DNA of 64,000 nucleotides from Clostridia bacterium (GCA_900753315.1 CAADYP010000006.1:14001-78000); one strand, 5' to 3'; counted from the first letter of the stretch, positions 1 through 8,541 are shown. The notes: generated from the letters alone by a model not told the origin. Numbers and translations: made by a program.

Positions 1-480
1 AATTTTTGAATTTTGTATGATATTCCGTATAGTCTCTGCATTTGACACTGCCGGATATTGCGGATTGTTTAAAATTATATCATTGTCAAGCGAACTATTG
101 TTGTTGAAATAGCATTCAAGAAAAATATCACAAATGGCAATTTTTCTCTTTTTCAATTCATAAGCAAACATTTGCCTTGTCTTTGCTCTATTTTCTTCAA
201 ATACACTCTCATCAATTTTTCTGCAAACATAATTATCATAATTTTGTTTCAACTGTCTTTTCAGCCCTATAAAACAATCAGTCTCAAGAACACAATCCAA
301 AAGTTGCCACAATTGATTCCTTTCACTTGCATAATAAAAACCTTTTCTTATTCCATCAGTTGCAGTAATTGACCCAAGCATCAAAACTTTACTATTTTCA
401 TCCCACACTGGCAAAATTCCATTCTTCGCTGGTTGTCTCAACACAGTATTCACAACTAGTTTTTTCACCCAAACCCCCAT
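1..480 (-). CDS. UDG-superfamily DNA glycosylase, hypoxanthine/deoxyinosine-DNA-glycosylase-like (3' end runs off the window)
   Basis: Absent from the ORF track because it stays open to position 1. ATG at 480-478. My translation (MGVWVKKLVV..PVWDENSKVLMLGSITATDGIRKGFYYASERNQLWQLL..IAICDIFLECYFNNNSSLDNDI) has no stop in 160 codons. It resembles the LGS..GFYY..N.FW motif block I recall for this UDG family. Confidence 0.6.
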   Translation of the reverse strand, partial: MGVWVKKLVVNTVLRQPAKNGILPVWDENSKVLMLGSITATDGIRKGFYYASERNQLWQLLDCVLETDCFIGLKRQLKQNYDNYVCRKIDESVFEENRAKTRQMFAYELKKRKIAICDIFLECYFNNNSSLDNDIILNNPQYPAVSNAETIRNIIQNSKI

Positions 481-568
481 AATAAACAAACGAAAATACA
501 TCAAAAAACAATCGTTTCGTTCGCTTAAGTAAAATTATATCATAAGATCCATAATTTGTATACATTTT

Positions 569-608
569 AAAAAAATAACCCGCTAGGATCTTTATTTATC
601 CTAATGGG
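569..608 (-). terminator. Rho-independent terminator after tRNA-Leu(UAA)
   Basis: On the minus strand: CCCATTAGGAT-loop-ATCCTAGCGGG imperfect hairpin followed by TTATTTTTTT. Confidence 0.5.
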
Positions 609-659
609 CTCGCCAAACTTTTCGTCTGAAAAGTTATCAGATTTCAAATCCAGTGCAAT

Positions 660-745
660 TGGTGCTGGTGGTGGGAGTCGAACCCACACGTCCTTTCGAA
701 CTCAGGATTTTAAGTCCTGTGCGTCTACCATTCCGCCACACCAGC
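660..745 (-). tRNA. tRNA-Leu (anticodon UAA), encoded CCA
   Basis: The reverse complement reads GCTGGTG..CAGGACTTAAAATCCTG..long variable arm..GGGTTCGACTCCCACCACCAGCACCA. Acceptor GCTGGTG pairs with CACCAGC, the anticodon loop is CTTAAAA, and the type-II variable arm fits Leu. Confidence 0.9.
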
Positions 746-763
746 ATATTTTTTACGTTTTTT

Positions 764-792
764 ATTTTACCAAAACACTCATTGAAAGTCAA
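764..792 (-). promoter_or_regulatory. Sigma-A-type promoter for tRNA-Leu(UAA)
   Basis: Minus strand: TTGACT, 17 nt spacer (ending TGg), then TAAAAT. The -10 lies about 18 nt upstream of the tRNA 5' end. Confidence 0.5.
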
Positions 793-793
793 T

Positions 794-817
794 AAAAAAA
801 GGCTTAAAAGCCTTTAA
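794..817 (-). terminator. Hairpin plus T-run between tRNA-Cys and tRNA-Leu
   Basis: Minus strand: AAAGGCTTttAAGCCTTT followed by TTTTTTT. Confidence 0.45.
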
Positions 818-828
818 AATTGAAAATT

Positions 829-903
829 TGGAGGTACCACCCAGATTTGAACTGGGGAATAAAGGTGTTGCAGACCTTTGCCTTACCACTTGGCGATGGT
901 ACC
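829..903 (-). tRNA. tRNA-Cys (anticodon GCA), encoded CCA
   Basis: The reverse complement reads GGTACCATCGCCAAGTGGTAAGGCAAAGGTCTGCAACACCTTTATTCCCCAGTTCAAATCTGGGTGGTACCTCCA. It forms a cloverleaf with anticodon loop CTGCAAC and discriminator U, as expected for Cys. Confidence 0.9.
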
Positions 904-931
904 AAACATTGTTTACGCTTAAAGCATATTA

Positions 932-960
932 AATATAACATATAAACAAGCATTTGTCAA
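932..960 (-). promoter_or_regulatory. Sigma-A-type promoter for tRNA-Cys
   Basis: Minus strand: TTGACA, 17 nt spacer, TATATT, about 28 nt upstream of the tRNA 5' end. Confidence 0.5.
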
Positions 961-1082
961 ACTATTTTTCACACTTTTGTTTCAGGATATATTATATGAT
1001 TCTTTTAAAAAGTTGGCAACAATACAAAAGCAATTGATTTTAAGGAAATTTTACATTATTTCCAAAAAATAATGAAAAATGC

Positions 1083-1111
1083 TTGCTTTTTTGTTTTCTT
1101 TTTGGTATATT
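1083..1111 (+). promoter_or_regulatory. Sigma-A-type promoter (extended -10) for tRNA-Gly
   Basis: TTGCTT, 17 nt spacer ending TGG, then TATATT, about 35 nt upstream of the tRNA. Confidence 0.45.
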
Positions 1112-1146
1112 ATAAGAGCGTTTAAGTGCAAATCATAGACAAATAT

Positions 1147-1221
1147 GCGGGAGTGGCTCAGTGGTAGAGCGTTGCCTTGCCAAGGCAAATGTCGCGAGTT
1201 CGAATCTCGTCTTCCGCTCCA
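1147..1221 (+). tRNA. tRNA-Gly (anticodon GCC), encoded CCA
   Basis: GCGGGAGTGGCTCAGTGGTAGAGCGTTGCCTTGCCAAGGCAAATGTCGCGAGTTCGAATCTCGTCTTCCGCTCCA. Canonical cloverleaf with anticodon loop TTGCCAA. Confidence 0.92.
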
Positions 1222-1244
1222 AATAAAAATAAGTAATGGAAATA

Positions 1245-1793
1245 TTACTTATTTTTTTTGTTTTTTTGATTCAACTTTGAATATTGGTCCATATTTTTAA
1301 ACACATCAGACAAATATTCTCCCTTTTGAAGTTCGATTTTGAATGCCGGTCTTGTATCATTTATACTAGCTTCATAAAACTCGTCAATCGGGTCAATCAT
1401 TGAACGAATAAAGTTTTCTTGATTTCCTCGATTTCTCATTCTCTGTTCAATCTCATCAATGCAGTCTTTTGAGTGAAAAACCAAACAATATTGCACTCCA
1501 AGTTTGCAAATCATATCCACAATATCTGGATTTGGAGCAAACAGCAAAATTTTGTCCGTTTCTTTCAAAAGTTTTTCAGTTTGATTTTTTATATAGTCAA
1601 CAGAATTTCCTCTGACCGCTTTACCTCGATTGCCTTTAAGCCACTCAATTTCTTTTGTTGGATAATTTTCTTGTGCATATTTATATCTCGCCTTCATCTC
1701 ATCCATATCAACAAATCTATTATCATTTTCTGTTAAATATGTCTTCCCAACAGCAGGCACACAAACGAAAATCCTACATTCTTCAAACTTCAT
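1245..1793 (-). CDS. Small P-loop NTPase/kinase-like protein (uncharacterised)
   Basis: 182-aa ORF with the Walker-A-like motif VPAVGKTY near the N-terminus. It is the last gene of a tightly spaced 4-gene minus-strand cluster (21-22 nt gaps). Confidence 0.6.
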   Translation of the reverse strand: MKFEECRIFVCVPAVGKTYLTENDNRFVDMDEMKARYKYAQENYPTKEIEWLKGNRGKAVRGNSVDYIKNQTEKLLKETDKILLFAPNPDIVDMICKLGVQYCLVFHSKDCIDEIEQRMRNRGNQENFIRSMIDPIDEFYEASINDTRPAFKIELQKGEYLSDVFKNMDQYSKLNQKNKKNK

Positions 1794-1813
1794 AATTATC
1801 TCCTATTGCAAAT

Positions 1814-2068
1814 CTAAAACTTCCATCTTTTTAAAGTCGGGAACAGCTTTTGACAATAGTTTTTCATTTCTTCATTTGTCATTCCAGCCTGTGCCCCAAA
1901 TTGTGAACACATATCAATATATTCTTCCATTCCAACTTTATCAATAAACTCTCCATCGGCATAGCAATATTTGCAAAAATCTTTGTTGATACTGCCATCA
2001 TTGTTTGTTCCATATTGACTTTCGTCAATGATTGGCATTCCACAACTTTGACAAATCTTGTTTTTCAT
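1814..2068 (-). CDS. Zinc-ribbon domain protein (CQSCGMP..GTNxDGS..CKYCY type)
   Basis: 84-aa ORF with two Cys pairs (CQSC, CKYC) in the arrangement I recall for the 'putative zinc ribbon' family. Confidence 0.7.
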   Translation of the reverse strand: MKNKICQSCGMPIIDESQYGTNNDGSINKDFCKYCYADGEFIDKVGMEEYIDMCSQFGAQAGMTNEEMKNYCQKLFPTLKRWKF

Positions 2069-2089
2069 AATTTTTTCTCCTCAAAATCT

Positions 2090-3946
2090 TTATGTTCTCG
2101 CTTTTTGACAAGTAAACAAAATAATTTGATATTCGTCTTTCATTTCATTAAGGATTTTTCTTGCAATTTCCAATTTTTCATCATCAAAATTTGCAAAAGG
2201 ATCGTCCAAAATAAAGGCAGGTTTTTCTTTCTTAAACAGCAAATCAGCCAAGGCAAAACGCTTGCAAATATAAACCAAATCAAACAATCCGGCACTCAAA
2301 TAGTCTACTTCGCTGAAATGACTGCCAAATCTCATTCCCAAATTCGAGTCAATAATTACATCTTCGCCATCTCTAACAAATTGCTTGTAATATTTGTTAA
2401 ATCGGTTTGAAACGGGGTCAATAAATCGATTTGAAATTGAATCTCTAGACATCTCCAGAATTTTTGCTGTCTTTGTCAATATATCAAGTTTACGTTGATA
2501 TTCTACAAATTTTTCTTCTTTTGAAGACACAATATCTGTCAAATTAAATACCATTTCTTGCACATTTTCAATTTCAAGAAGAAAATGTTTTTTGTCGTTG
2601 TTGAGTTCTATCAATTTTTTGTCAATGTTTGAGATTGTCGCTTTGTCGTCATGTTTTTTTAAATAATAATCTTCAATTTTGCATCCATAAGAAAGCTCAA
2701 ATCTCTTTCTTAAATTTTGCAAATCAAATGTGTTCTTTTCTATGCCTGCTTGCAATCTCTCAATCTCGCCGTCAATAAATGAAACATCATTCTCGACTTT
2801 TTCAAAATTCAAAACTTCTTGTTCAATGCTATTTTTTGAGATGTTTTTATCTTTTAAAATATCATGATAACGCTTTACATCGTCAGCATTGTGCTTTGAA
2901 ATAATAGAGCAAACAATCACCCCAAACAATGACAAAAGTGTAACACTGCCACCTATATACAACAAAATGTTTATCTTCGCAAGTCCTCCAACAACAAGTC
3001 CAATTGCTCCCAAAATAGCCAAAATAATGAACACATAATTCGCCATACCGGCAAATGTAGCCTTTGAGATTGAAGACAAATTTTTTAGCAATGAATAATC
3101 GTCTGAATTAATTTTTACGCCATTAAGCATTTCGCTTTTTTGATTTTTCTTCTCTTCCAAGCGTGCATAATCTGTCTCCAAAACAGATTGAATAGCAATA
3201 CTTTTGTTTATTTCAGCTACAACAGCATCTTCATTGACAGTTTTGTTTTGTCTTTCAACATCTCTTTGAGTTGCACTCAAATCTTTTATTTCTCTTTCGA
3301 CTTTGTCAAGTTTAATTTTCAAAACTTCTTCTTTTGCCTTTGCTCTTTCAAGTTCGTTTTTAGCATCTTCAACTTTAAGTTCTCTAACCTGAGCTCTGAT
3401 ATCCTTTGCCTTCTTTTGAATAAGTGACTGCGCTTTTTCAAAATTGTCAATGTCGTCACCACTCAAAACGCCAGTTGAGAGACTTGCTCGCATATCGTCA
3501 TTTATTCCACTAACAAGATTTTGTTGTCCAAAAAATGTCGAACTCTCAAAAGTATCTCTTCCAACACCAAAAAGTTCGTCACCAAGATTGCTTGAGAATG
3601 TGTTTGAAATCAAATTTGTCTTTGCATCAAACAGATAAAATTTATCAAGAGTTGGAGTATTTCCAAATTGTCTAAAAACAATAAAAGTCCCTTTCTTGCA
3701 AGAAAATTTCAAATTTCCACCAAATTTACCATCAAAGTCAAAAGGTCGATATAAATCACGGTCTGTCTTGAAATTTGCTTTCTTTGATGAGGCTGGCAAT
3801 GAATAAAACATTGCCTTAATAAAATGCGCCAATGTAGTTTTCCCAAAACCATTTTTTTCATAAAAAACATTCATTTCATCATTGAAATCGAAATCAACAT
3901 TTTTTAACTTTCCAAACGCGTCAATATGACAAGAGATCAATTTCAT
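2090..3946 (-). CDS. Rad50/SbcC-like AAA ATPase, YhaN (SbcE)-like, with a central transmembrane hairpin
   Basis: 618 aa. N-terminal Walker A NGFGKTT, long K/E-rich coiled-coil stretches, and C-terminal LSAGLFDLVY..AFILDDPFANFD (signature/Walker B). Two hydrophobic helices (YVFIILAILGAIGLVVGGLAKI, ILLYIGGSVTLLSLFGVIVCSIIS) sit in mid-protein. Overlaps the upstream nuclease gene by 4 nt. Confidence 0.8.
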   Translation of the reverse strand: MKLISCHIDAFGKLKNVDFDFNDEMNVFYEKNGFGKTTLAHFIKAMFYSLPASSKKANFKTDRDLYRPFDFDGKFGGNLKFSCKKGTFIVFRQFGNTPTLDKFYLFDAKTNLISNTFSSNLGDELFGVGRDTFESSTFFGQQNLVSGINDDMRASLSTGVLSGDDIDNFEKAQSLIQKKAKDIRAQVRELKVEDAKNELERAKAKEEVLKIKLDKVEREIKDLSATQRDVERQNKTVNEDAVVAEINKSIAIQSVLETDYARLEEKKNQKSEMLNGVKINSDDYSLLKNLSSISKATFAGMANYVFIILAILGAIGLVVGGLAKINILLYIGGSVTLLSLFGVIVCSIISKHNADDVKRYHDILKDKNISKNSIEQEVLNFEKVENDVSFIDGEIERLQAGIEKNTFDLQNLRKRFELSYGCKIEDYYLKKHDDKATISNIDKKLIELNNDKKHFLLEIENVQEMVFNLTDIVSSKEEKFVEYQRKLDILTKTAKILEMSRDSISNRFIDPVSNRFNKYYKQFVRDGEDVIIDSNLGMRFGSHFSEVDYLSAGLFDLVYICKRFALADLLFKKEKPAFILDDPFANFDDEKLEIARKILNEMKDEYQIILFTCQKART

Positions 3947-5019
3947 AGCGAAATATCCTCCCCTTTCAAAGCTTCAATTCCAACATTGCAAATCTGTTGT
4001 TTTTCTTCCTCACCCAATGTTTTATCTGTCAAAACTTGATTTAAAAATTCTGCTTTAAGAGACAATTTTTCATTTGCAATTTTCTCCAAATCAAAAATCA
4101 ATCGAGTTTGATCCAAAACTTCCAAATAGAAAAAGTCGTTAGAAAATTTTTCAGCAACAACATTTACATTGATTTCATTTTCTTCTTGTCTATCTCCGAC
4201 AAAAACAACTCTTACAAAATCGTTTTTGCCAAATTGTGAAGTTTTCTCTCCAACAATTTTGAATATATCACCAAAATTTGTGAGCTTTGAAACATCAATT
4301 TCGACATTTCTATAAAAATATTTTGCAAACGGCACAAAAGTCCTTGTAAGTTTTCCATCTTTGATATCGAGCAAAACAAAACCATAATTCTGTCCAATAT
4401 AACTAAAACTGCATGACTCCAAGCACCCGCTGTAAGCCCAAATACCACGCTTGTCAATTTTTCCTTCATCTTTCAAATGGATATGCCCAAGTGCCACATA
4501 ATCAATGTCTTTTGATGCCAAATTTTTGAGAACCACAGGCTCACAATAAACATCTTTTGTCACTGGACAATGTAACATCAAAATGTTGAAATCAGACTTT
4601 TGAAACTCAATACTTTCATAAAATTTAGGGTCAATTTGTCTTTTAAAACTCATTCCGCCAATGCAAACATCGCCCATATCAACTTTTGAAAACTTATCTT
4701 TAAATACAACAAAATTTGAAGGTTTTTTATCAAAAATCTCCACTCTTTCATCATGATTGCCCCAAATATAAAAGAAAGTAATATCTTTGTGTGCCAAAAT
4801 TGTATCTTGCACAACTTTTAAAGTCTTTTTCAATACTTTTGGTTCGTCAAAAATATCACCACAAAGCAAAATTGCAGTGACCTTGTTCTTTTCGGCGAAA
4901 TCAACCATATCAACAAAGTTTTGCAACATTTGATGACGCTTCAACTCTCTCTTTTGTGGAGTAAGTTTACTAAAATTTTTGCTGTCTAAATGCAAATCTG
5001 CACAATGAATAATTTTCAT
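3943..5019 (-). CDS. Mre11/SbcD-like metallophosphoesterase DNA repair exonuclease, YhaO (SbcF)-like
   Basis: MKIIHCADLHLDS..LLCGDIFD..GNHDE..GHIH calcineurin-like motifs. I place the start at ATG 5019. The track start at 5070 is a TTG that would translate a T-rich spacer (TFQFFAFSSFF). Confidence 0.85.
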   Translation of the reverse strand: MKIIHCADLHLDSKNFSKLTPQKRELKRHQMLQNFVDMVDFAEKNKVTAILLCGDIFDEPKVLKKTLKVVQDTILAHKDITFFYIWGNHDERVEIFDKKPSNFVVFKDKFSKVDMGDVCIGGMSFKRQIDPKFYESIEFQKSDFNILMLHCPVTKDVYCEPVVLKNLASKDIDYVALGHIHLKDEGKIDKRGIWAYSGCLESCSFSYIGQNYGFVLLDIKDGKLTRTFVPFAKYFYRNVEIDVSKLTNFGDIFKIVGEKTSQFGKNDFVRVVFVGDRQEENEINVNVVAEKFSNDFFYLEVLDQTRLIFDLEKIANEKLSLKAEFLNQVLTDKTLGEEEKQQICNVGIEALKGEDISL

Positions 5020-5025
5020 ACAAAA

Positions 5026-5054
5026 ATTATAACAAAAAAAAGAAGAAAAGGCAA
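5026..5054 (-). promoter_or_regulatory. Promoter of the yhaO/yhaN-like operon; -10 only 6 nt from the ATG (possible leaderless mRNA)
   Basis: Minus strand: TTGCCT, 17 nt spacer, TATAAT, then TTTTGT, then ATG (5019). No Shine-Dalgarno sequence is present. Confidence 0.4.
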
Positions 5055-5067
5055 AGAATTGAAAGGT

Positions 5068-5100
5068 CAAAAAAAAGAAAACTGAATATACCAGTTTTCT
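5068..5100 (-). terminator. Rho-independent terminator after the 500-aa membrane-anchored protein gene
   Basis: Minus strand: AGAAAACTG-GTATATT-CAGTTTTCT followed by TTTTTTTT. Confidence 0.7.
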
Positions 5101-5130
5101 TTAAATTTTAAAATTTCAATAAGAATCCAA

Positions 5131-6633
5131 TTAAGCAGCTTCAGAACCAGAAATCAAAGTTTCTTTCAAAACAAGATTATAACTTATAGAACCATTTGTT
5201 TTGATATTGATTGAACCTGAAGAAGCAGAAGTTCCTCTAACATTCAATGGATTTTTTGTCTCACCTTCTGCCAAGCCATAATTTACAGAAATCTTTTTAT
5301 CTTCAACTCTAGTTGTCCCTTCTTCATCATTAACAAAGGCATCAGCGGTAAAACTTGCAACATTAGTCACATTGATAGTAACCTTTCCTTTGTCGCTGAA
5401 AATAGAGTTTGTTCCCATAACAGAGCCAATATACCCAATTGTTGTGCTGCCACTTTTGTTTATGATTCCCTTTGTAGAAGCATTATTTTCTCCAATTTTG
5501 ATGTTGATAACCAAACTTCCTTCGCTGTTTACTTCAATAGTTCCATTCGCTTCGCTAATCTTCAATTCGCCTTTATCAGCATGAATTCCGATTTTTCCAT
5601 TGACTTTCTTAACATTGATATTTGGTTCAGCAACTCCTCTAAATCCATTTTTTGCAGTGATTGTCAAGTCTCCATTAACCAAATCAGCAACAATGTTTGG
5701 AGCAATCATTGAGTCTTCTGAGTTTGTGTAATCCAAGTTTGCATAAACATCACCAAATTTGTAATTTCCTTGAACACAAGCAACTTCAACATTTGTTGCT
5801 GCAATATATCCAATAGAAACATTTCCCTTTTTGCAAGAAATTACCAAATTGTGGCTACCACAATCTACAACATCCATTGTGATGTTTCCTTTGTTTGTTG
5901 ACAAAGTCGCATCACAATTAACTTTCAACCCTTTTCCGGATTTTCCAGAATATGAAATAGTTTTCAAAGCAGAGATTTCGCCTTCAACAGTCTCAAGGTC
6001 GAGACTTTGCAAACTTTCTGTATCCAAATTGTTGCTTACATAGATGTTTCCAGTTTGTGTAGAAACCTTCACACTTTTAAGTTTTACAGCTTCGCCACTT
6101 TGAAGATTGTTTCCAAGGTCAACTTGTCCATCCGTTGTGTTCACCGTCAAATCCATATTGCTGAAGTTTGCAGGACTATCTTGTTTGAAATGCAAAATGA
6201 TTTGAATATCTTTTGAAAGATAAAGAAAACCATTTGGTTCTGTAACATCAACTTTCAAAGTTGTTCCTTCATAATAAACATTATAACTGAATGCCACTGC
6301 ATCAGAAGCAGCAACAAACCCCTTTGCAAAATTTTTGATGTAAAGAGAATCTTTGTTATAACCTTTCCTGTGGTTTTTCTCAACTGTCACATTTGCATAT
6401 GTACAATTTATTTCAAGTTTTGAAACATTCGCCCAATCAATGGCGGTTTTGTTCTCATCAGTGGTTTTGTCCACATAAATATTATCCTCACCGGTAAAGT
6501 ATTGCATCCAAAGCACAGTTTTCCCAGGATTGAACATCAAAACAACCAAACAAACCATGAAAACCGCAATCAAGAGCAAAACTAACAAACCAAAATAGAA
6601 GAAAAACCCTTTTCTAATTTGTCCTTGTGGCAT
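5131..6633 (-). CDS. Membrane-anchored beta-rich surface protein, DUF4097/putative-adhesin-like
   Basis: 500 aa. N-terminal TM anchor (FFFYFGLLVLLLIAVFMVCLVVLMF), then many short G-N-I/V-x-I/V beta-strand-like repeats (GNITMDV, KGNVSIGY, NGDLTITA, NGKIGIHA, NGTIEVNS, KGKVTINV). Confidence 0.5.
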   Translation of the reverse strand: MPQGQIRKGFFFYFGLLVLLLIAVFMVCLVVLMFNPGKTVLWMQYFTGEDNIYVDKTTDENKTAIDWANVSKLEINCTYANVTVEKNHRKGYNKDSLYIKNFAKGFVAASDAVAFSYNVYYEGTTLKVDVTEPNGFLYLSKDIQIILHFKQDSPANFSNMDLTVNTTDGQVDLGNNLQSGEAVKLKSVKVSTQTGNIYVSNNLDTESLQSLDLETVEGEISALKTISYSGKSGKGLKVNCDATLSTNKGNITMDVVDCGSHNLVISCKKGNVSIGYIAATNVEVACVQGNYKFGDVYANLDYTNSEDSMIAPNIVADLVNGDLTITAKNGFRGVAEPNINVKKVNGKIGIHADKGELKISEANGTIEVNSEGSLVINIKIGENNASTKGIINKSGSTTIGYIGSVMGTNSIFSDKGKVTINVTNVASFTADAFVNDEEGTTRVEDKKISVNYGLAEGETKNPLNVRGTSASSGSINIKTNGSISYNLVLKETLISGSEAA

Positions 6634-6723
6634 AACAACCTCCTTTTTCTATATATAGTTATTTTAACACATATACAGCAATTTGTCAATTTTGAATTTT
6701 AAAAGAAATTCGGCACATAAAGA

Positions 6724-8541
6724 TTAGTCAAGCACAGCCTTAATTCTTCTTACACCGCTTGAAGAACTCTCTTCTTTAACAATCTTGAGATGGTGCAAAT
6801 CTTCTGTGTTTTTTGCATGTGGTCCACCACAAATTTCTTTTGAAATGTCGCCGATAGAATAAACCTTAACAATCTCGCCATATTTACTTTCAAACACACC
6901 AACAGCGCCACTTTCTTTTGCTTGACTAACGCTCATTTCTTCACAAACAACAGGCACTTTTTGAGCGATTGCGTCATTAACAAACTTTTCAATTCCAGCC
7001 AATTCTTCTGACGTCATTTTGTGGTCAAGATTAAAGTCAATTCTAAGTCTTTCTGGAGTGATATTTGAGCCTTTTTGCATAACTTGTGGCCCAAACATTT
7101 TTCTAAGTCCAGCCATAATCAAATGCGTTGCAGTGTGCAACTTTGCACTTTCATAAGAACTGTCGGCAAGTCCACCTTTAAACACTCCTGCAGACGCAGT
7201 TCTGCTCTTCTCTTGATGCTCTTCAAAAGCTTTTTTATACCCTTCTTCATCTACATCATAGCCTCTTTCTTTGGCAAGCTCTCTTGTAAGTTCAAATGGA
7301 AAACCAAAAGTGTCATACAATCTAAAAACTGCCTTTCCAGAAATAATATTTTCAACAGTTTCACCTTTTTGAGCAGCAAATTGTTTGTGCTTTTCAATTC
7401 CGTTCAAGACCTTGTCAAATTCTTTATGCCCTTCTTCAAGAGCCTTTGAAAACTTTTCAACTTCTTTTGAAAGTTCTTCTTTAATCTTCTCTCTGTTTGC
7501 TTTGATGTCGCTGTAGTCTTCCCCATGCTTGTCAACATAAAGGTCAATAATATCATTGAAGTAAGCAGTATCAAAACCGATATTTCTTGCACAATTTACG
7601 GCTCTACGGATAAATCTACGCAAAATGTATCCTTGTCCAACATTTGAAGGAAGCACACCATTTGCATCTCCCAAAATAAACATTGAAGAACGCAAGTGGT
7701 CTGTGATAATTCTGTAAGAACGAGTTGCAAGTTCGCTGTCTTCATAACCAACTTTTGCTTTGGTTCCAATAAAATCAATAACTGTTTTGAAAATACCTGC
7801 ATCATAAACACTCTTCAAGCCATTCAAAACAACAACTGTTCTTTCAAGCCCCATTCCTGTATCAATGTTTGGTCTGTCAAGAAGTTTTGCTTTTTCACCA
7901 GCATTTTCAACTTTGTATTGCATGAAAACATCGTTCCAAATTTCAAGATATTTCCCACAATCACAAGCTGGAGAACAATTTTCACTGCACTTTGGTTTCC
8001 CAGAATCATAAAACATTTCACTATCTGGTCCACAAGGTCCAACTCCACCACCGAGTGCCCACCAGTTGTCATCACGACCTTGATAGAAAACATTTTCAAT
8101 TCCGCACTTTTCCCAAGTGTTGTAAGCAAGTTCGTCACGAGGAGCAGTTTCATCTCCTGCAAAAACTGTTGTTGCCAATCTTTCTTTTGGAATACCCAAA
8201 TATTTTGGACTTGTCAAAAATTCATAAGAAAGTTTTATCATTTCTTCTTTTGGACAACTTCCCAAAAACCAGTTCCCAAGCATTTCAAAAGAAGTCAAGT
8301 GACCAGCATCACCGACTGAATCAATATCATTTGTTCTTAAACATCTTTGAATATCACAAATTTTGTTTCCAGCAGGGTGTTTTGCTCCCAAAAGATAAGG
8401 AACAAGCGGATGCATCCCGGCTGTAGTAAACAATATAGTAGGGTCATTTTCAGGAATTATAGAATATCCTTCTACCCTTTTAAAACCATGGTCTTGAAAA
8501 AATTTAAACCATTTTTCTTTAATCTCAACATCAGTAATCAT
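6724..8541 (-). CDS. alaS: Alanine--tRNA ligase, short form (catalytic plus editing domains, no C-Ala domain)
   Basis: 605 aa. N-terminal FFQDHGF..FTTAGMHPLVPYLLG..FEMLGNW, plus the editing-domain motifs HTATHL (HxxxH) and CGGPH (CxxxH). The protein ends GVRRIKAVLD, right after the editing domain. Confidence 0.85.
   Translation of the reverse strand: MITDVEIKEKWFKFFQDHGFKRVEGYSIIPENDPTILFTTAGMHPLVPYLLGAKHPAGNKICDIQRCLRTNDIDSVGDAGHLTSFEMLGNWFLGSCPKEEMIKLSYEFLTSPKYLGIPKERLATTVFAGDETAPRDELAYNTWEKCGIENVFYQGRDDNWWALGGGVGPCGPDSEMFYDSGKPKCSENCSPACDCGKYLEIWNDVFMQYKVENAGEKAKLLDRPNIDTGMGLERTVVVLNGLKSVYDAGIFKTVIDFIGTKAKVGYEDSELATRSYRIITDHLRSSMFILGDANGVLPSNVGQGYILRRFIRRAVNCARNIGFDTAYFNDIIDLYVDKHGEDYSDIKANREKIKEELSKEVEKFSKALEEGHKEFDKVLNGIEKHKQFAAQKGETVENIISGKAVFRLYDTFGFPFELTRELAKERGYDVDEEGYKKAFEEHQEKSRTASAGVFKGGLADSSYESAKLHTATHLIMAGLRKMFGPQVMQKGSNITPERLRIDFNLDHKMTSEELAGIEKFVNDAIAQKVPVVCEEMSVSQAKESGAVGVFESKYGEIVKVYSIGDISKEICGGPHAKNTEDLHHLKIVKEESSSSGVRRIKAVLD

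Noticed and set aside
172-372. 66-aa plus-strand ORF
   Set aside because: It is antisense to the open UDG-like frame that fills 1-480 on the minus strand. It has no RBS and a low-complexity translation.
604-795. 63-aa plus-strand ORF (MGSPNFSSEKL..)
   Set aside because: It lies entirely across tRNA-Leu(UAA) and its promoter and terminator on the opposite strand, so it is an artefact of ORF calling.
5020-5070. N-terminal extension of the nuclease gene (track start 5070), and similar TTG/GTG-extended starts at 9164, 20238, 22794, 38811, 39159, 45217, 47005 and 52398
   Set aside because: In each case an internal ATG with a well-spaced GGAG-type RBS (or, for 5019, a promoter) and the conserved family N-terminus argues for the shorter form.
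7696-8319. 207-aa plus-strand ORF inside alaS, and similar long antisense ORFs at 30172-30792 in xfp, 44031-44711 in recJ, 2015-2410 in the yhaN-like gene and 42177-42668 in rel
   Set aside because: These are shadow ORFs opposite well-supported conserved genes. Their translations are F/L/S/K/I-rich low complexity with no RBS. Long antisense frames are expected in AT-rich, stop-poor sequence.
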